Positions 1 to 12,028 of a stretch of 64,000 bases of DNA are shown here, piece by piece. The stretch spans positions 9,734,001 through 9,798,000 of the forward strand of contig CM035351.1 of NCBI GenBank assembly GCA_020137815.1, read 5' to 3'. Position numbers and translations under genes: made by a program. The stretch is from Hormiphora californensis (lineage: Eukaryota; Animalia; Ctenophora). The notes under the pieces were generated by a model that saw nothing but the letters and a program-made list of their open reading frames with translations, did no database searches and had not been told where the DNA came from. Each line of letters begins with the position of its first letter. Position 1 is the stretch's first letter.

Positions 1-577
1 CGTCGCAGATAAGAAAGAGACTTGAAATAAACTTAAGTAAAAGACCCCAAGCCGGGTATACATTCCAAATTTCAAGTCAATCGGATGAAAGGGAGCGACG
101 CTATAGCCTTTCGAAATCCGGTTTTTCAGCCAAACACGTATAACTGCGTTTCTGGCAGCGCTTTTGGGGGGGGGGGGGAAGGCAACCTTTGCGCTTGCCA
201 GCGCAATGACTAATATGTATACTATACACGCGTTTACTTAAGTTTATTTCAAGTCTGTGCATCAAAATTCAAATCTCAGAACTTTCGTTGGTTCATGAAG
301 TTGAATTTCAACTTCAATTACCTTGTCAATTAGATAAGACGGATATTTTACGAGATCTCTTCAACTCGACATCCAGACCGTCCCATTTACTTTCTACAAG
401 ACATTTAATATAATACCTATCACCCCTAGCTGCAGTAGTCTGACCCATATCTGCTTACTGAATTTTCTCAGCTTTGATGTATTGGTAGGTCGTGTTGCTT
501 GCAGTTGCAGTTGTGCGTATAATAAAATCAATGGTTTCTGTCACCTTAAGATACGAGATAAGATATTTAACTCTTAC

Positions 578-3500
578 CTATCAGATGTCAGTTTGAAGTA
601 TAATATCTCTGCATCTGTCGTGTTGAGGTTGTTATAGCCAATCAAATCAAGTTCTCGTAACATCTGAAAGTCAGAGAACTAAAATAGCATTAGTTAAATG
701 GTTGTATGCTAACAATTCACAAGAGTATGACCATCAATAAGTTTTTTTTTCTCTCTCTCTCTCTGTCGCCCCTGTCTCCCTCCCTATCTCTCTCTGTCAG
801 TATCTTATATATATATACATATATACATATATATTATATGATATATAAATTAATATATAAATATGTGGGTTGGTGCAGCGGGTAAGAGGGCTGCTCCTGG
901 GTGAGGGATGGCGTGGTGATTCGGGTTTATAAACCGTATACGGTTGCTCTACGGGCTTTCTAGTTATATTATCAAGTAATTCAAATAAATGTCGTGGTGA
1001 GGATGAGTATGGAGCATCCAGTATCCAGTTCCACACGTGCAAATCGAATTTTTGGGCAAATCGAATTTTTGGGGCAATGTTTGAAATCTGTGGCTTTTCG
1101 GAAAAAGCTTGATCTCCTCTTTCTAAAGAGCTCAAGATTTTAAAAATTGGTTTTGAAATAACCAAGTTATATTTGAGGTTAAACGTCTCAGAATTGTGCC
1201 AAAAAGGTGGCCGCTGATTCAACAGGGGAGGGGATTTGTGTAGGACTCCAACGGGCTTTAAAAGTAGGTCGGAACAATGCCGAGGTGCTGATCCCCTTTT
1301 TCTTATAGCGTTTCAGCGACGGTCCATTTTTGGTACAGATTTCTCTGCAGCATAGCTCGGGCGCCACCTCAAGCAGACAACCTTATTGTTTAGATATACA
1401 CCGTTTTTGCGAAACTCTCGAAAGAGCATGATCTACCAATCATAGCTTGGCGGTGTAGACTCTTCTGTACAAAGTAATCCTTTTTATCACCAAAAATTGT
1501 GCATCCCGACGGCTTTGGGCTCCGGGTTATCCAAACCAATTTGATTGGTCGAGGGAGGAGACATACTGAAGTTGGTCGGGCGCGTTGAGATCTCAACCGT
1601 GTGACACACACTGAAGTTCGATATGGCTCCAACCATTTTTGACTAAGAAATCATTTCCAAGAGGCTAATTTCTTTACTGATACATCTCTCGGGGTATATT
1701 TCAATATTTCATCCATAGGGTAAACCGGGGCAAAATGGTTAACTTTTTACTTAATCGGTTCACACTCCCAATCCCATTTAAAAAAAGACCTCGAATTGCC
1801 CCGGTGGTTCGAATCGCCCCGGTAATCTTAATTTACCAGAATTTGGAATGAAAACATGCGAATATTTAAATAATTTGTATACCATCTGAAAGCTAATATT
1901 TTTTAGCTTTCAGCTGGTTTTTTCAAATCGAAAATTGACCAACTTAAACCGGATCTAGAGCCTATTCAGTGGTAACGAGCAGGCTCGAAAGAGCAGTTTT
2001 CTTCTGGATAGGATGACGTCATTATGATAGCTTAACTAGGTGAGAGACGGGCAGTACATGGTTCGAATTGCCCCGGTGGTTCGAATTGCCCCGGTTTACC
2101 CTACTGAGTAAATTTCACCGTTTTTAAAATTTGTTGTTTATCATGTCACAGTTGTCCCAACTCACCAAAAATGCAAATAACGGTGAAATTCAGGCAGGTG
2201 CACAGTTGCTCGACAGTCTATTTCTGGCTGCTATTTCTGGCTGCTATTTCTGGCTGCTATTTCTGGCTGCTATTTCTGGCTGCTATTTCTGGCTGCTAGG
2301 CCTATTTCTGGCTGCAAGCACCCAGAAATAGGTCTAGCAGCCAGAAATAGATTTTAGCAGCCAGAAGTAGGGTCTAGCACTCTAGCAGCCAGAAATAGAT
2401 TTTAGCAGCCAGAAATAGGGTTTCTCTCACGTGATCTCTCTATCTCTGTATGGGATACGAGAGACGAATCGGTGAAGTAATTCGGTATCTGCAACTAATT
2501 GGGTATGGGATACGGGAGACGAATCGGTGAAATGATTCGGTATCTGCAACTAATTGGGTATGGGATACGGGACCGGCCAAATTAGTTGCAGATCGAGTAT
2601 GGTGTAGTCCTCAGTCAGGCGCTGCTGCTGGACGTGTTGGCGAGGAAGATGGTGGTCGCATAGGAACTGGTCCACTATGGTCCTCTCGATATGCGTATTC
2701 GGATCCAGGTTTACGGTCCTCGATACCTCCCGGCAGGCACACAGGTTGAAACGCCGCAGGGTCCAGAGCGGAGATGTGGGCCTGTTCAGAGGGCAGGCCT
2801 GATACTAGTGTCTTCCCTCCATACAGAGGGAGCAAATGTCTAGCCTCCTCCTCGATGTTGTCCCCGACCAAGGAGTATTCGTGGTTTTGTCGTTTCGTGG
2901 GAGAGAAGGTATAGGAGCTGTCCGGTGGCGGCTTCGTAACAGAGGCATAATTGATTGCGATGCCTTGATGTCAAAAATTTGGCCTTTTATAATGGTTATG
3001 GATTGTCATAATGGGTCCCATCCACCTTGTTTGTGACACGAGGCATGAAACGTTACACGATAAGAGATCTGTTTATCGGTTATCCTATCCCCGATCTCGA
3101 CATGTTACACAGCATGATATGAGATCAGTTTATCGGTGATTTGACGCAATGGGTGTGATAACACATATTCGAAGTCTTGAATTTCAAGTTTGGACCGGTA
3201 AAACAAAAGAGGTGCCTCTCGTATCCCATACCCAATTAGTTGCAGACACCAAATCACTTCACCGATTCGTCTCCCGTATCCCATACCCAATTACTTGCAG
3301 ATACCGAATCATTTCACCGATTCGTCTCTCGTATCCCATACAGAGATAGAGAGATCACGTGAGAGAAACCCTATTTCTGGCTGCTAGACCCTATTTCTGG
3401 CTGCTAAAATCTATTTCTGGCTGCTAGACCCTATTTCTGGCTGCTTGCAGCCAGAAATAGGTTTAGCAGCCAGAAATAGGTTTAGCAGCCAGAAATAGCA

Positions 3501-5731
3501 GCCAGAAATAGCAGCCAGAAATAGCAGCCAGAAATAGCAGCCAGAAATATCAGCCAGAAATAGGCTGTCGAGCAACTGTGCACCTGCCGAAATTTATTGT
3601 TATGTTCTAACTCTCCTGTTAGTGTTACATTTGTTTCGCGGACGAGGCGACACAATCTGAGTGCACCAATAGTTTGTATGTATGTATAGGGTGGGTGATG
3701 AGGGACGTATTCAACTATTTTATCTTGCACTATTTCAGACAGCCTTGTCAGTGTCTATAGCTTCACAGTTATCATGTGATATGGGGGAGTCATGTGACCT
3801 TACTAACGCGTCTTTCAAAGCTCAACAATTTTTAAAAGGATTGAGTCTTCAACAAACTTTAACCATAGAGCTTTTATTTTAAACAAATACTTGCACAAAA
3901 AGTTACATTGGGCGATAATACTTGCTTTCTCTTACATTACATTTTATATTATGTATATTGTAATCTACATATTAGTATGATGTATACCTATATGGTTGTT
4001 TGGTAGCTTAGTGCGTTTGGTAGCTTAGTGGTTTATAGCAGATAGCTCCGAGCATGTCTCTCTGGAGGTCCCTGGTTCAATTCCCGGTCAAACCCAGTAT
4101 TTTTCGATTTTCTTCCCTATTTAATTCTTGCTCTGAACTCATTATTCAGAATATATTATATATAACATATATGTATGTAAGTGTGCGGTATTAAGATGTT
4201 TTAGTTACAATAGGAAAAATATGAATAAGACTTTATTATAGGGCTATCCTTGCATATTTGAGGTCCCTTGGTGTGGCCTATAAATAACCTACACAGAGAG
4301 ATTGCCCTGCACTCAACAAAAATTCCCTCGGTCACAGTGTACACTTTCATTTCTAATTAACCTTATATCCCAACCGGAAATGGTGAGTAGTCCTGAAAGG
4401 ATGAATAAAATACTAAACATGCCTGATCATTTATAGTTAGGGGTCATGGGTGATACAGTCGGACCCCGATTTAGTGGCATCCTCGGGGGAAAGAAATCCT
4501 GCCACTAAATCGGGGTGCCACTAAATCGGGGCGAGCCATATTTGGCCCATAAAAACCTCAAAGACACCTCTAACTGTTATATGCAATATTCATGTATTGA
4601 TTACATGATCATTTCTGATTAGAAATAGAAAACTATAAAATAAATTTTTCAAAAAAATTGTGAAAAATTTTTTAAGTTATACCAGCCCGTCCGATTTGTG
4701 TTTCGAATCGGTGCAGCTTCCTGGATGTCCTGTCTAATTAGCGGGTTCAAAACGAACTGATACGTGATACCATGCCAAATCGGGGCACCCTAAGGGGGTG
4801 AGGAAGTATCAAAATGTCAAAATAACCTTTTCTCTCAAAATTTATGTGGAGCACCGATCAAAGCATTGACAATCGTACTGTAAAATTTTGCAAAAAGGTT
4901 GTAAAATTTTTTAAAGGTATACCAGCCACGTCCGAATCGTGTTTCGAATCGGTGCATCTTATCGCATGTCCTGCTGCTAATTAGACGGTTCGGAACGAAT
5001 CGAAACGTGATCCCCATCGAATCGAAATTTTAACGCTTGGTGAACTTATGATTCAATGGCCCCATGGGGATCACGTATCGGTTCGTTCCGAACCGTCTAA
5101 TTAGCAGCACGACATGCGATAAGATTCACTGATTCGAAACACGATTCGGACGTGGCTGGTATTCCTTTGAAAAATTTCAAAAAATTTTCAAAAAAATTTC
5201 ACAAAAAAATTATTGGGGGAAAAAAATCCTGTCACTAAATCGGGGTGCCACTAAATCGGGGGCCACTAAATCGGGGTCCGACTGTACCTGCAAAAATCGC
5301 TTTTCAGTGAGATGTCCACTTTCATTGAGCGAGTTGGCATAATGTGTGTAGTTTTGGAATATTTTCTTAACAACATATTCCTCTCTTGTCTCATACTTTT
5401 CCTCCTCCTCCTCCTCCTCCTCCTCGTCCAAAGTTTGTCCACTTGGTATGCGATGCAGTGAACTCTGTGATTTTATATAGGAGCTACTGCATTTGTCTTC
5501 ACAGCTTTGATCGCTACTTGCCTCTTCAATTTCTATCGGGTCTATAACTGCTAAACTTTGTTCGGCGATCACCTGGCCCTCTATCTGATCTAGTGCGGCT
5601 ATTATTGCAGATCCGGAGAGAGAACTAGCCATGTCATATAGTTCTTCGTTCTCCTCTCGCACTGTTGCCAGGGCCTTCTTGACGATAGAATTGGCCCGAT
5701 CAAAAATCTCGTCCTGGCTAGTTTCTGTCAT
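578..5731 (-). CDS. Spliced gene (partial) with an acidic N-terminus and a p25-alpha/TPPP-like domain; exons 5731-5288 and 663-578, later exons unresolved
   Basis: Exon 1 ends ...KKIFQNYTHYANSLNESGHLTEKRFLQ|GT (phase 0). The exon at 663-578 has a ctttcag acceptor and a gtaaga donor and reads MLRELDLIGYNNLNTTDAEILYFKLTSD. The joined peptide parallels the p25-alpha pattern (F..F.......M...F.K...D......T.TD.DI.F.K). Family call is by eye. Confidence 0.55.
1718..2101. mobile_element. MITE with GGGTAAACCGGGGCAA TIRs and TA target duplication, nested in another dispersed repeat
   Basis: TIRs visible at both ends. The uninterrupted host sequence atccaTActgag occurs at about 22747, which confirms the TA duplication. 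Confidence 0.8.
2193..3588. mobile_element. Merlin-like non-autonomous foldback element, copy 1
   Basis: GGCAGGTGCACAG...CTGTGCACCTGCC termini; 8-bp TSD gaaattca/gaaattta; 13-bp subterminal tandem repeat tatttctggctgc; unique GC-richer core about 2600-3190. Confidence 0.75.
4013..4096 (+). pseudogene. tRNA-derived sequence (SINE head or tRNA pseudogene)
   Basis: A-box TAGCTTAGTGG, B-box GGTTCAATTCC and partial acceptor stem GCGTTTG/CAAACCC. The anticodon stem does not pair. Confidence 0.55.
4456..5284. mobile_element. Tc1/pogo(Tigger)-like MITE, CAGTCGGACCCCGATT family
   Basis: TA-flanked CAGTCGGACCCCGATTT TIRs with internal inverted segments. Relatives at 20138-20306 and 25808-26947; partial copies at about 29345-29408, 42060, 53390 and 62950. 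Confidence 0.85.
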
Positions 5732-5796
5732 GTTCAATCACGCACAAACAACTACAGTAGGACTAGAAAGAGATGAGAAACACTACAAACACTCAG

Positions 5797-5847
5797 GTTT
5801 CTATGGTGATGTCCCCACTCACAAATCAACTTAGTTCTCTTGGCAAC
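5797..5847. promoter_or_regulatory. Two RFX X-box-like motifs: GTTTCTATGGTGAT (5797-5810) and GTTCTCTTGGCAAC (5834-5847)
   Basis: 14-bp imperfect palindromes matching the X-box consensus, about 65-115 bp upstream of the minus-strand ATG at 5731. Confidence 0.5.
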
Positions 5848-6118
5848 GCTGTAATTCGATCACAACATACCGCCCTCAACTCAGAATATTTTAATATGAA
5901 ATATCACTTTGAGTTTGTTGAGGTGTGGCAAATCCGAATGCATTTGTACTTTTACCCTCCTTTAGAGTGTAAAATCTAAAGTTTTCAGGTAGAATCAGGG
6001 TATTTAATTTCAAATATGTTGAGGGATCCCGAAACCGAACTCAAATTCGAGTATAAATAAATAGGTTAATTTTAAAATTTGCATCAACTCGACAGAATGA
6101 CAGACACAAAATATTAAA

Positions 6119-6153
<35 letters not shown>

Positions 6154-6872
6154 GATATATATCTGTTACATTGTATTTGAATAAAGTGAAAATGTGTATA
6201 ATAACCTTATTACTTTATCTCAGAGTGAGGATTCACATCGACCCGAGACAGAAGCATCAAGTGAAGACGGTAGTTGAGGCCGCTCACATTGTCCACAATA
6301 CCATTTGAAGAGGATGTAGACACTTTAAACTTAAAGATTCCCCTACTGCAGCCCACAATATGTGGCATTATTATTTTATCTACACAGAAACACAGGATTT
6401 ACATCCTAATAATACCCAATACCTTTTTAAGATTTGGCAAAAAAACTTATTAGATGCAATGCGTAGGACACATACATCTCAATAAACATGCTGCATTCTT
6501 GAATTGTCTCGTTGATATATATATATATAATAGTTCAGCAGAAGTATTTTAATGACACGACATCAAAACAGGTGGTACTTTTGTGTGTTATTGGCATAAA
6601 AAATAAGCTGAACTATACTGTAAAGCAAACCATAATTCATTGTAAAGATTACATGCGTGTCCTTCAACACCAAGATATGTTTAAACTTTAATGACCAGAA
6701 AATGGATAGACTCGCCCCCCCAAAATTGATTAGAACTAGAAGATCATATAATGAATGATATTGTTGTTCTCAGTTACAACTACCGTTGTATTTTGTGCAA
6801 GATGATTTTATTTATTAATGCAAGCAAAGTTTTTCATTTCTATTTTACAATTACAGTGCAGTCATAAGTAAT

Positions 6873-7310
6873 TGCACTTGACTTACTTGACTTAGGGCGG
6901 ATTCCACGAGTGGTATTTCCGAACTCCATGAATAACACTTCTCCACCCGCCACGGTCAGTCATAACAGTAGCCAATTCGGAGGTTTCCCTGAGTCCCGTG
7001 TCCCGCCTGAGTACATCCACAAAGGTCTGCTTTGGTCGCCCTCGCCTGGAATTTCCGTGGAGAGGCTCCCAGAGTATGACCTTGTTAAGTGTAAGTTCAG
7101 GGTGACGCACAGCGTGACCGGCTAGTCGGAGTCTCCTTTCCGCTATTTTGGTGCTAAGGATAGGTAGATTTCCGATACCATACAACGTGGCATTGCTCAT
7201 TTTAAGGAGGTACTGGTTTTTATTTAGTGCCATCCGTAGCATCCTCGTGTAGGTACCGTCAAGACTCCTTTCCATGTCCTTGGTGAGCGTCCAGCTTTCG
7301 CACCCAAGTA
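6873..7310 (-). mobile_element. 5'-truncated RTE-clade LINE 3' end
   Basis: GCESWTLTK...RMLR..L...RRLRLAGH..RH...RRGRPK...DR..WR is the RTE C-terminal signature. A short tandem tail (taagtcaag) follows the stop. Confidence 0.85.
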
Positions 7311-7730
7311 ATTGCAGGACCCAAGTAATTGCAGGACTCGAGTAATGTAATGCCAATGGTTGACATGGAGCGTCCGAAGTAACCTACTCTGCATTGGCGG
7401 GCGGCCTTGCTACGGCGGAATGGTGGACGTGCCGGGGCGCCTAATAAACGTGTTCGGTGCAGGTCATCCGCCAGACGCGAACAAACAAACAGATAATTGC
7501 CACGCTATATTACTATTAGACATTTAATGCTGGAACGTCTTATTATAATTATAGTGGTACATGGATATTATACCACGTACCTTGTTAGCTCACACCTAGG
7601 TATAGCAACGCCTACTGGGTGAACTATATTTACTGAAATCCGGTCCACTTTTCACACGGTCAGTGACCGCATATATTTCCAGTACTGACCAAGACGTTTA
7701 TTCAATGTTCATTTGGGTGTGAAGAATAAA

Positions 7731-8272
7731 TTTTTTCCCTGCCCGGGTGGATGCCGAAGGATGATCGTTTTACTTTTAGCACGTGTGCTAAAAAGATCAT
7801 AAAGGGTTTAGAAATCTCGGATTTGAAATAGTAACTCAAGCGTGGTCAAAAGCGTTATGTCACGGTAGCAGCTTGGCCACATTGATACCTGAGTGAGATC
7901 GACGTCGCACGCGACTGAGATCGATCTCACATACAGGCCTCCGCCCTGTTATTGATTTTAGAGCAAAATTTTTCAAAGACCTGGCTGCAAGGAACTACTG
8001 AACCGATTTGCATCTCGTTTGTTGCTCCTGGCAGATAATTGTCTCTAGTTTTACGGAAAATACCAGCGAGTATCAACGTTTGAGGAATAGTGGGTCAAAA
8101 TTGACTCTAAACTTGGGCTGCAACTCAATTTAAAGACCTGGCTGCAAGCTCCTACTCGGTGCTGGGACAATTTGCTGAAAAATGTGCTTTACATCACGCA
8201 CACGTGAGTTCTTGCTGTCCACAGGGCGGGAGCCTATTCTTCGCGGAGCTAGAATAGGTTGCAATGGAGCCA
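7731..8272 (+). mobile_element. HINE-like (Helentron-associated) dispersed element
   Basis: TTTTTTCCCTGCC head with hairpins and GGGTTTAGAA; 3' hairpin gcctattct..agaataggt. The body is shared with 36345-36831, about 13604-13920 and (minus strand) 23040-25120. Confidence 0.55.
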
Positions 8273-8502
8273 AGGTAGCAGCATAGTAACTGCTCCTTCA
8301 CCAAACTGGTTTCATGAAATATGATGATGTAGCCATTTATAACGGAAATTGTGCGCCACTTTGCGCGGCTTTTCAGGAACTTCCTCCATGAACTTGATCA
8401 ATAAAAACGTCATGGCGCCATCCTGCTATGTAACCCTTTAATACCCAGTTTTCAAGAACATTTGAAAAGTGTTTTGGAGATCACATAGCGCTAATCATAA
8501 TA

Positions 8503-9658
8503 CCGCCTGGGCCAAAAAAAACGTGGGGTACGCCGAGCCTCATATCTCCCAAATCGTAACTTATATCACTCTGATATTTTGACGCGATTTTTGTATACCT
8601 ACTCATTCGAGGAATCCGGAGTTTCAGCCCTCAGGATAAAAATTCATTTTTTCGACTGAATGAACATTGAATGAACAGCAAAACGGGGCTATATTTCGGT
8701 ACCAAAGTTTCACAAATTTGTTTGGCTATCGATTTTCTTCCGAACGCGACCAGTTTGAGCTTAATTGGATCATCACAAGAATCACAGTGACCAGTTTACC
8801 AAGCCTAGGTTAGGTCATGTGATCCCCATCAAATTATGACGTGTTAGCAAGAGGACTTACATTCTAACGGACGCTGTATCGGTACACCGTCCTCATTAGC
8901 AGATGTGATACGTGATACTCGACCGTTACACCTGCTTATTGGCACTTCGTAATGACACTATACTAGCGCCTCAATGGGGGTCACATGACCAGACCTAGGG
9001 TTAGAAAACTGGCCACTGTGTCTCTTGTGGTGGTCCAATTGAGCTCCAATTAGTCACGTTGGAAAGGAAATCGATACCCGAATGCGACTGTGAAATTAAC
9101 TTTCGGAAAAGCATTCCTGTTCTCAAGTTCATTCAGGATTCATTCTTGGTGACATTGACACCTAGTGCGTGCGAGATCGAGCTCGGTGTCTATGTGTCTA
9201 TGTCACCAAGATTCATTCCAGTCGGAAAAATGAACTTTGAGATAGAGAGCTAAAATTCCGGCTAACATTAACATTCATCAATTGCGATTTTTAGTGCCTG
9301 AAATTACCGATTTCTCGTCAAAACGGGTCAAAATCGATTTTCGGTAAAAATGAACAGTTTTATATTGTTTATTTCACCCACTAAATTTGATTCAATTTTA
9401 ATAAAAGTTCAGATTGCCATTAGTTGTTCTATTGCATGGCGGTCATTTTTAAGAATAAAATTGAATATTAACAAGAGAAAACCTCGAAAAACCCGAAAAA
9501 TGAAAAATTGAATTTTGAAGTTTTAGAAATTGAAACTCCGGATTCCTCGAATGAGTACCTATAGGTATACAAAAATTGTGTCAAAATATCAGAGTGATAG
9601 AAGTTACGATTTGGGAGATATGAGGCTCGACGTACCCCACGTTTTTTTGGCCCAGACG
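8503..9658. mobile_element. TA-flanked Tc1/mariner-like MITE with ~125-bp TIRs and an internal inverted repeat (about 8725-9080)
   Basis: ctgggccaaaaaaaacgtggggtacg...cgtaccccacgtttttttggcccag termini flanked by TA. Confidence 0.7.
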
Positions 9659-9908
9659 TACAGCTGTTCTGCTCATGTATCTGCTCTCAAGTGTCCGTTT
9701 TCTAGCTAATTAGATGTCAGATCACATGAACTTCTGAAGATGGAGGAAACACAGCACTAATATAAAATTAAAAATCTGGGAGAAAAAAGGGCAACGTACC
9801 CTTAGATCCAGGCCAAAAAAAGCCAAACTCGCCCTGAAATGCAGGATTGATCTGGCTTTTTTTGGTCTGGCTTTTTTGGCCTTTTTTGATCTGGCTTTTT
9901 TTGATCTG

Positions 9909-10531
9909 GTTTTCCCTGCCCGGGTGATTCACCCGGATGATCTTTTTAGCACGCACGTGCTAATAAGATCATTCAGGGTTTAGAAATCAGCAGATTGTGT
10001 AGTTTACTAAAGTTGACACCTGTGTGCGGGGGTCGCGCCAGGTGTCTATATGTCACCAAAACTAAAGTGTCCGTCTGTCCACCGTTACACATACAAAGGT
10101 CTGTTCCTTCATAAAACTTTCAGCTCACACTTTGTGTACCCTACAGCCGTACCATGACGTGGTAGCAAGTCTTCCATGCATGAAACTACCATCACACAAT
10201 AATTGCAAGTGACTGGAGTTTAGATGAGCGAGGGTAAAGTTGAAGCACTTGATAATACTATGAGTGGGGACGGGGTACCCTAGGGTCTCCTAGCCAACTG
10301 CATTGGTTATCATATTCATAGCAACTGTCTTGGTGACCATAGCAACTGCTTTGATTACCATAGCAACAACTCTGGATACCATAGCAACCAACATTGTATC
10401 AGCCAAAAAATGCTCTTCGAGTGCAAAATTCATCGAGAAATCCGGTTTTGAAGTTTAGTCATCAATTTTACACCCATTTGTGGCAGGGAAACACCGCATT
10501 ATGAATACATATAATGCAATAATTCTTGTTT
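9909..10531 (+). mobile_element. HINE/DINE-1-like element carrying an X-box-like tandem array
   Basis: subTIR pair tttccctgcc/ggcagggaaa; GTCY microsatellite (gtccgtctgtcc); 3' stem-loop gcattatg..ataatgc followed by ttcttgttt; T-rich flanks. Confidence 0.7.
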
Positions 10532-10728
10532 AATCTATATGGGAGTGGGACAGTCCAAATCTGTATGAGCGGCGCCATACCCCATTTGATTCTCAGATGG
10601 GTCGCGGCGCCAGACAGGTCCAAATCGCGTCAACCCCCCGGCCCCCTCCCCCTTGTCCAGAGATGTCCGAAATCGGTTACCTCCCGGCTCCCCCTACCCC
10701 TGGACGTCATTTTTAAATCACCTCTTAA

Positions 10729-12028
10729 GGGTACGCTAACCAAATTTTTTTTTCGAGTGCAGGGAAATCTCTCACCGCAGGGTTGTAGGCCATGCCAAGG
10801 AGACCTCAAATATGCAATTTTAGCCCTCAAGTCGAATTCATATTTTTGCTACAGCCGTTTTAAAATCGTCTTGAAAATTTCCGAAAAGACGTTTTTGACA
10901 CCCTAAAAATACATTTTCAGGGCTAGAAGCTTAAAATTATGGGGATTTGAAGGGGATAGGAAGGTTTATCGACACAAAAGTTTTTATTAAAATCGGTGAT
11001 GATTTTCGGTCGTGAAATTGATTTACTTTTTTCCCTCTTAAAGGCCCTATTTAGCAAAGTTCCGAAAGTTTGTGAAGGCTGTAAATTGGTGAAAAGTTGC
11101 GTCTAACGATTATCTAAGTGGCCACAAATTTTTGGCGTGTCCTTATTTGAGACAAGTTGTACAGAGCTTTTTTAGTGAAAGCCGTTTTTTTAGAAATAAA
11201 GAAATAGCCTGTATCTCAAAAACGACCGATTTTAGAGACCTGGGACCAAGCTTAAACGATTCAGAAGGTCCGATTTTGGGGGGGTCCTCTGAGAGACATT
11301 TTTCTCCTACTTCAACGGTTTTTGCTGTAATTGCGAAAAACAAATCCTTTGAAGAGGGCAAAAGAGGAGTTCCGACAGCCTGCTTCGTGCTGCTTTTCCA
11401 CCTTCTTGCTAAATCCTTTTTCGCAATTACAGCAAAAACCGTTGAAGTAGGAGAAAAATGTCTCTCAGAGGACCCCCCCAAAATCGGACCTTCTGAATCG
11501 TTTAAGCTTGGTCTCAGGTCTCTAAAATCAGTCGTTTTTGAGATACAGGCTATTTCTTTATTTCTAAAAAAACGGCTTTCACTAAAAAAGCTCTGTACAA
11601 CTTGTCTCAAATAAGGACACGCCAAAAATTTGTGGCCACTTAGATAATCGTTAGACGCAACTTTTCACCAATTTACAGCCTTCACAAACTTTCGGAACTT
11701 TGCTAAATAGGGCCTTTAAGAGGGAAAAAAGTAAATCAATCTCACGACCGAAAATCATCACCGATTTTAATAAAAAATTTTGTGTCGATAAACCTTCCTA
11801 TCCCCTTCAAATCCCCATAATTTTAAGCTTCTAGCCCTGAAAATGTATTTTTAGGGTGTCAAAAACGTCTTTTCGGAAATTTTCAAGACGATTTTAAAAC
11901 GGCTGTAGCAAAAATATGAATTCGACTTGAGGGCTAAAATTGCATATTTGAGGTCTCCTTGGCATGGCCTACAACCCTGCGGTGAGAGATTTCCCTGCAC
12001 TCGAAAAAAATTTTTGGTTAGCGTACCC
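10729..12028. mobile_element. Kolobok-like foldback element (TTAA TSD, GG termini), ~610-bp arms
   Basis: TTAA-GGGTACGCTAACC...GGTTAGCGTACCC-TTAA; near-perfect palindrome. A related copy lies at 47749-49140. Confidence 0.8.

Noticed and set aside
797-1040. Possible extra exons of the minus-strand gene (also about 3600-3730, 4362-4392 and 323-545)
   Set aside because: I could not find phase-compatible splice sites without stops; left unassigned.
4013-4096. Functional tRNA-Arg(CCG)
   Set aside because: The anticodon stem does not pair and the acceptor stem has a mismatch.
7340-7520. Helitron-like 5' end on the minus strand (TCTAATAG...ctgtttgtttgttc)
   Set aside because: No matching 3' hairpin-CTRR end and no A/T insertion context visible.
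11132-11625. Pair of near-identical 160-aa ORFs on opposite strands (also 51304-51585/52339-52620 and 47905-48102/48787-48984)
   Set aside because: Mirror products of palindromic elements; no protein motifs.
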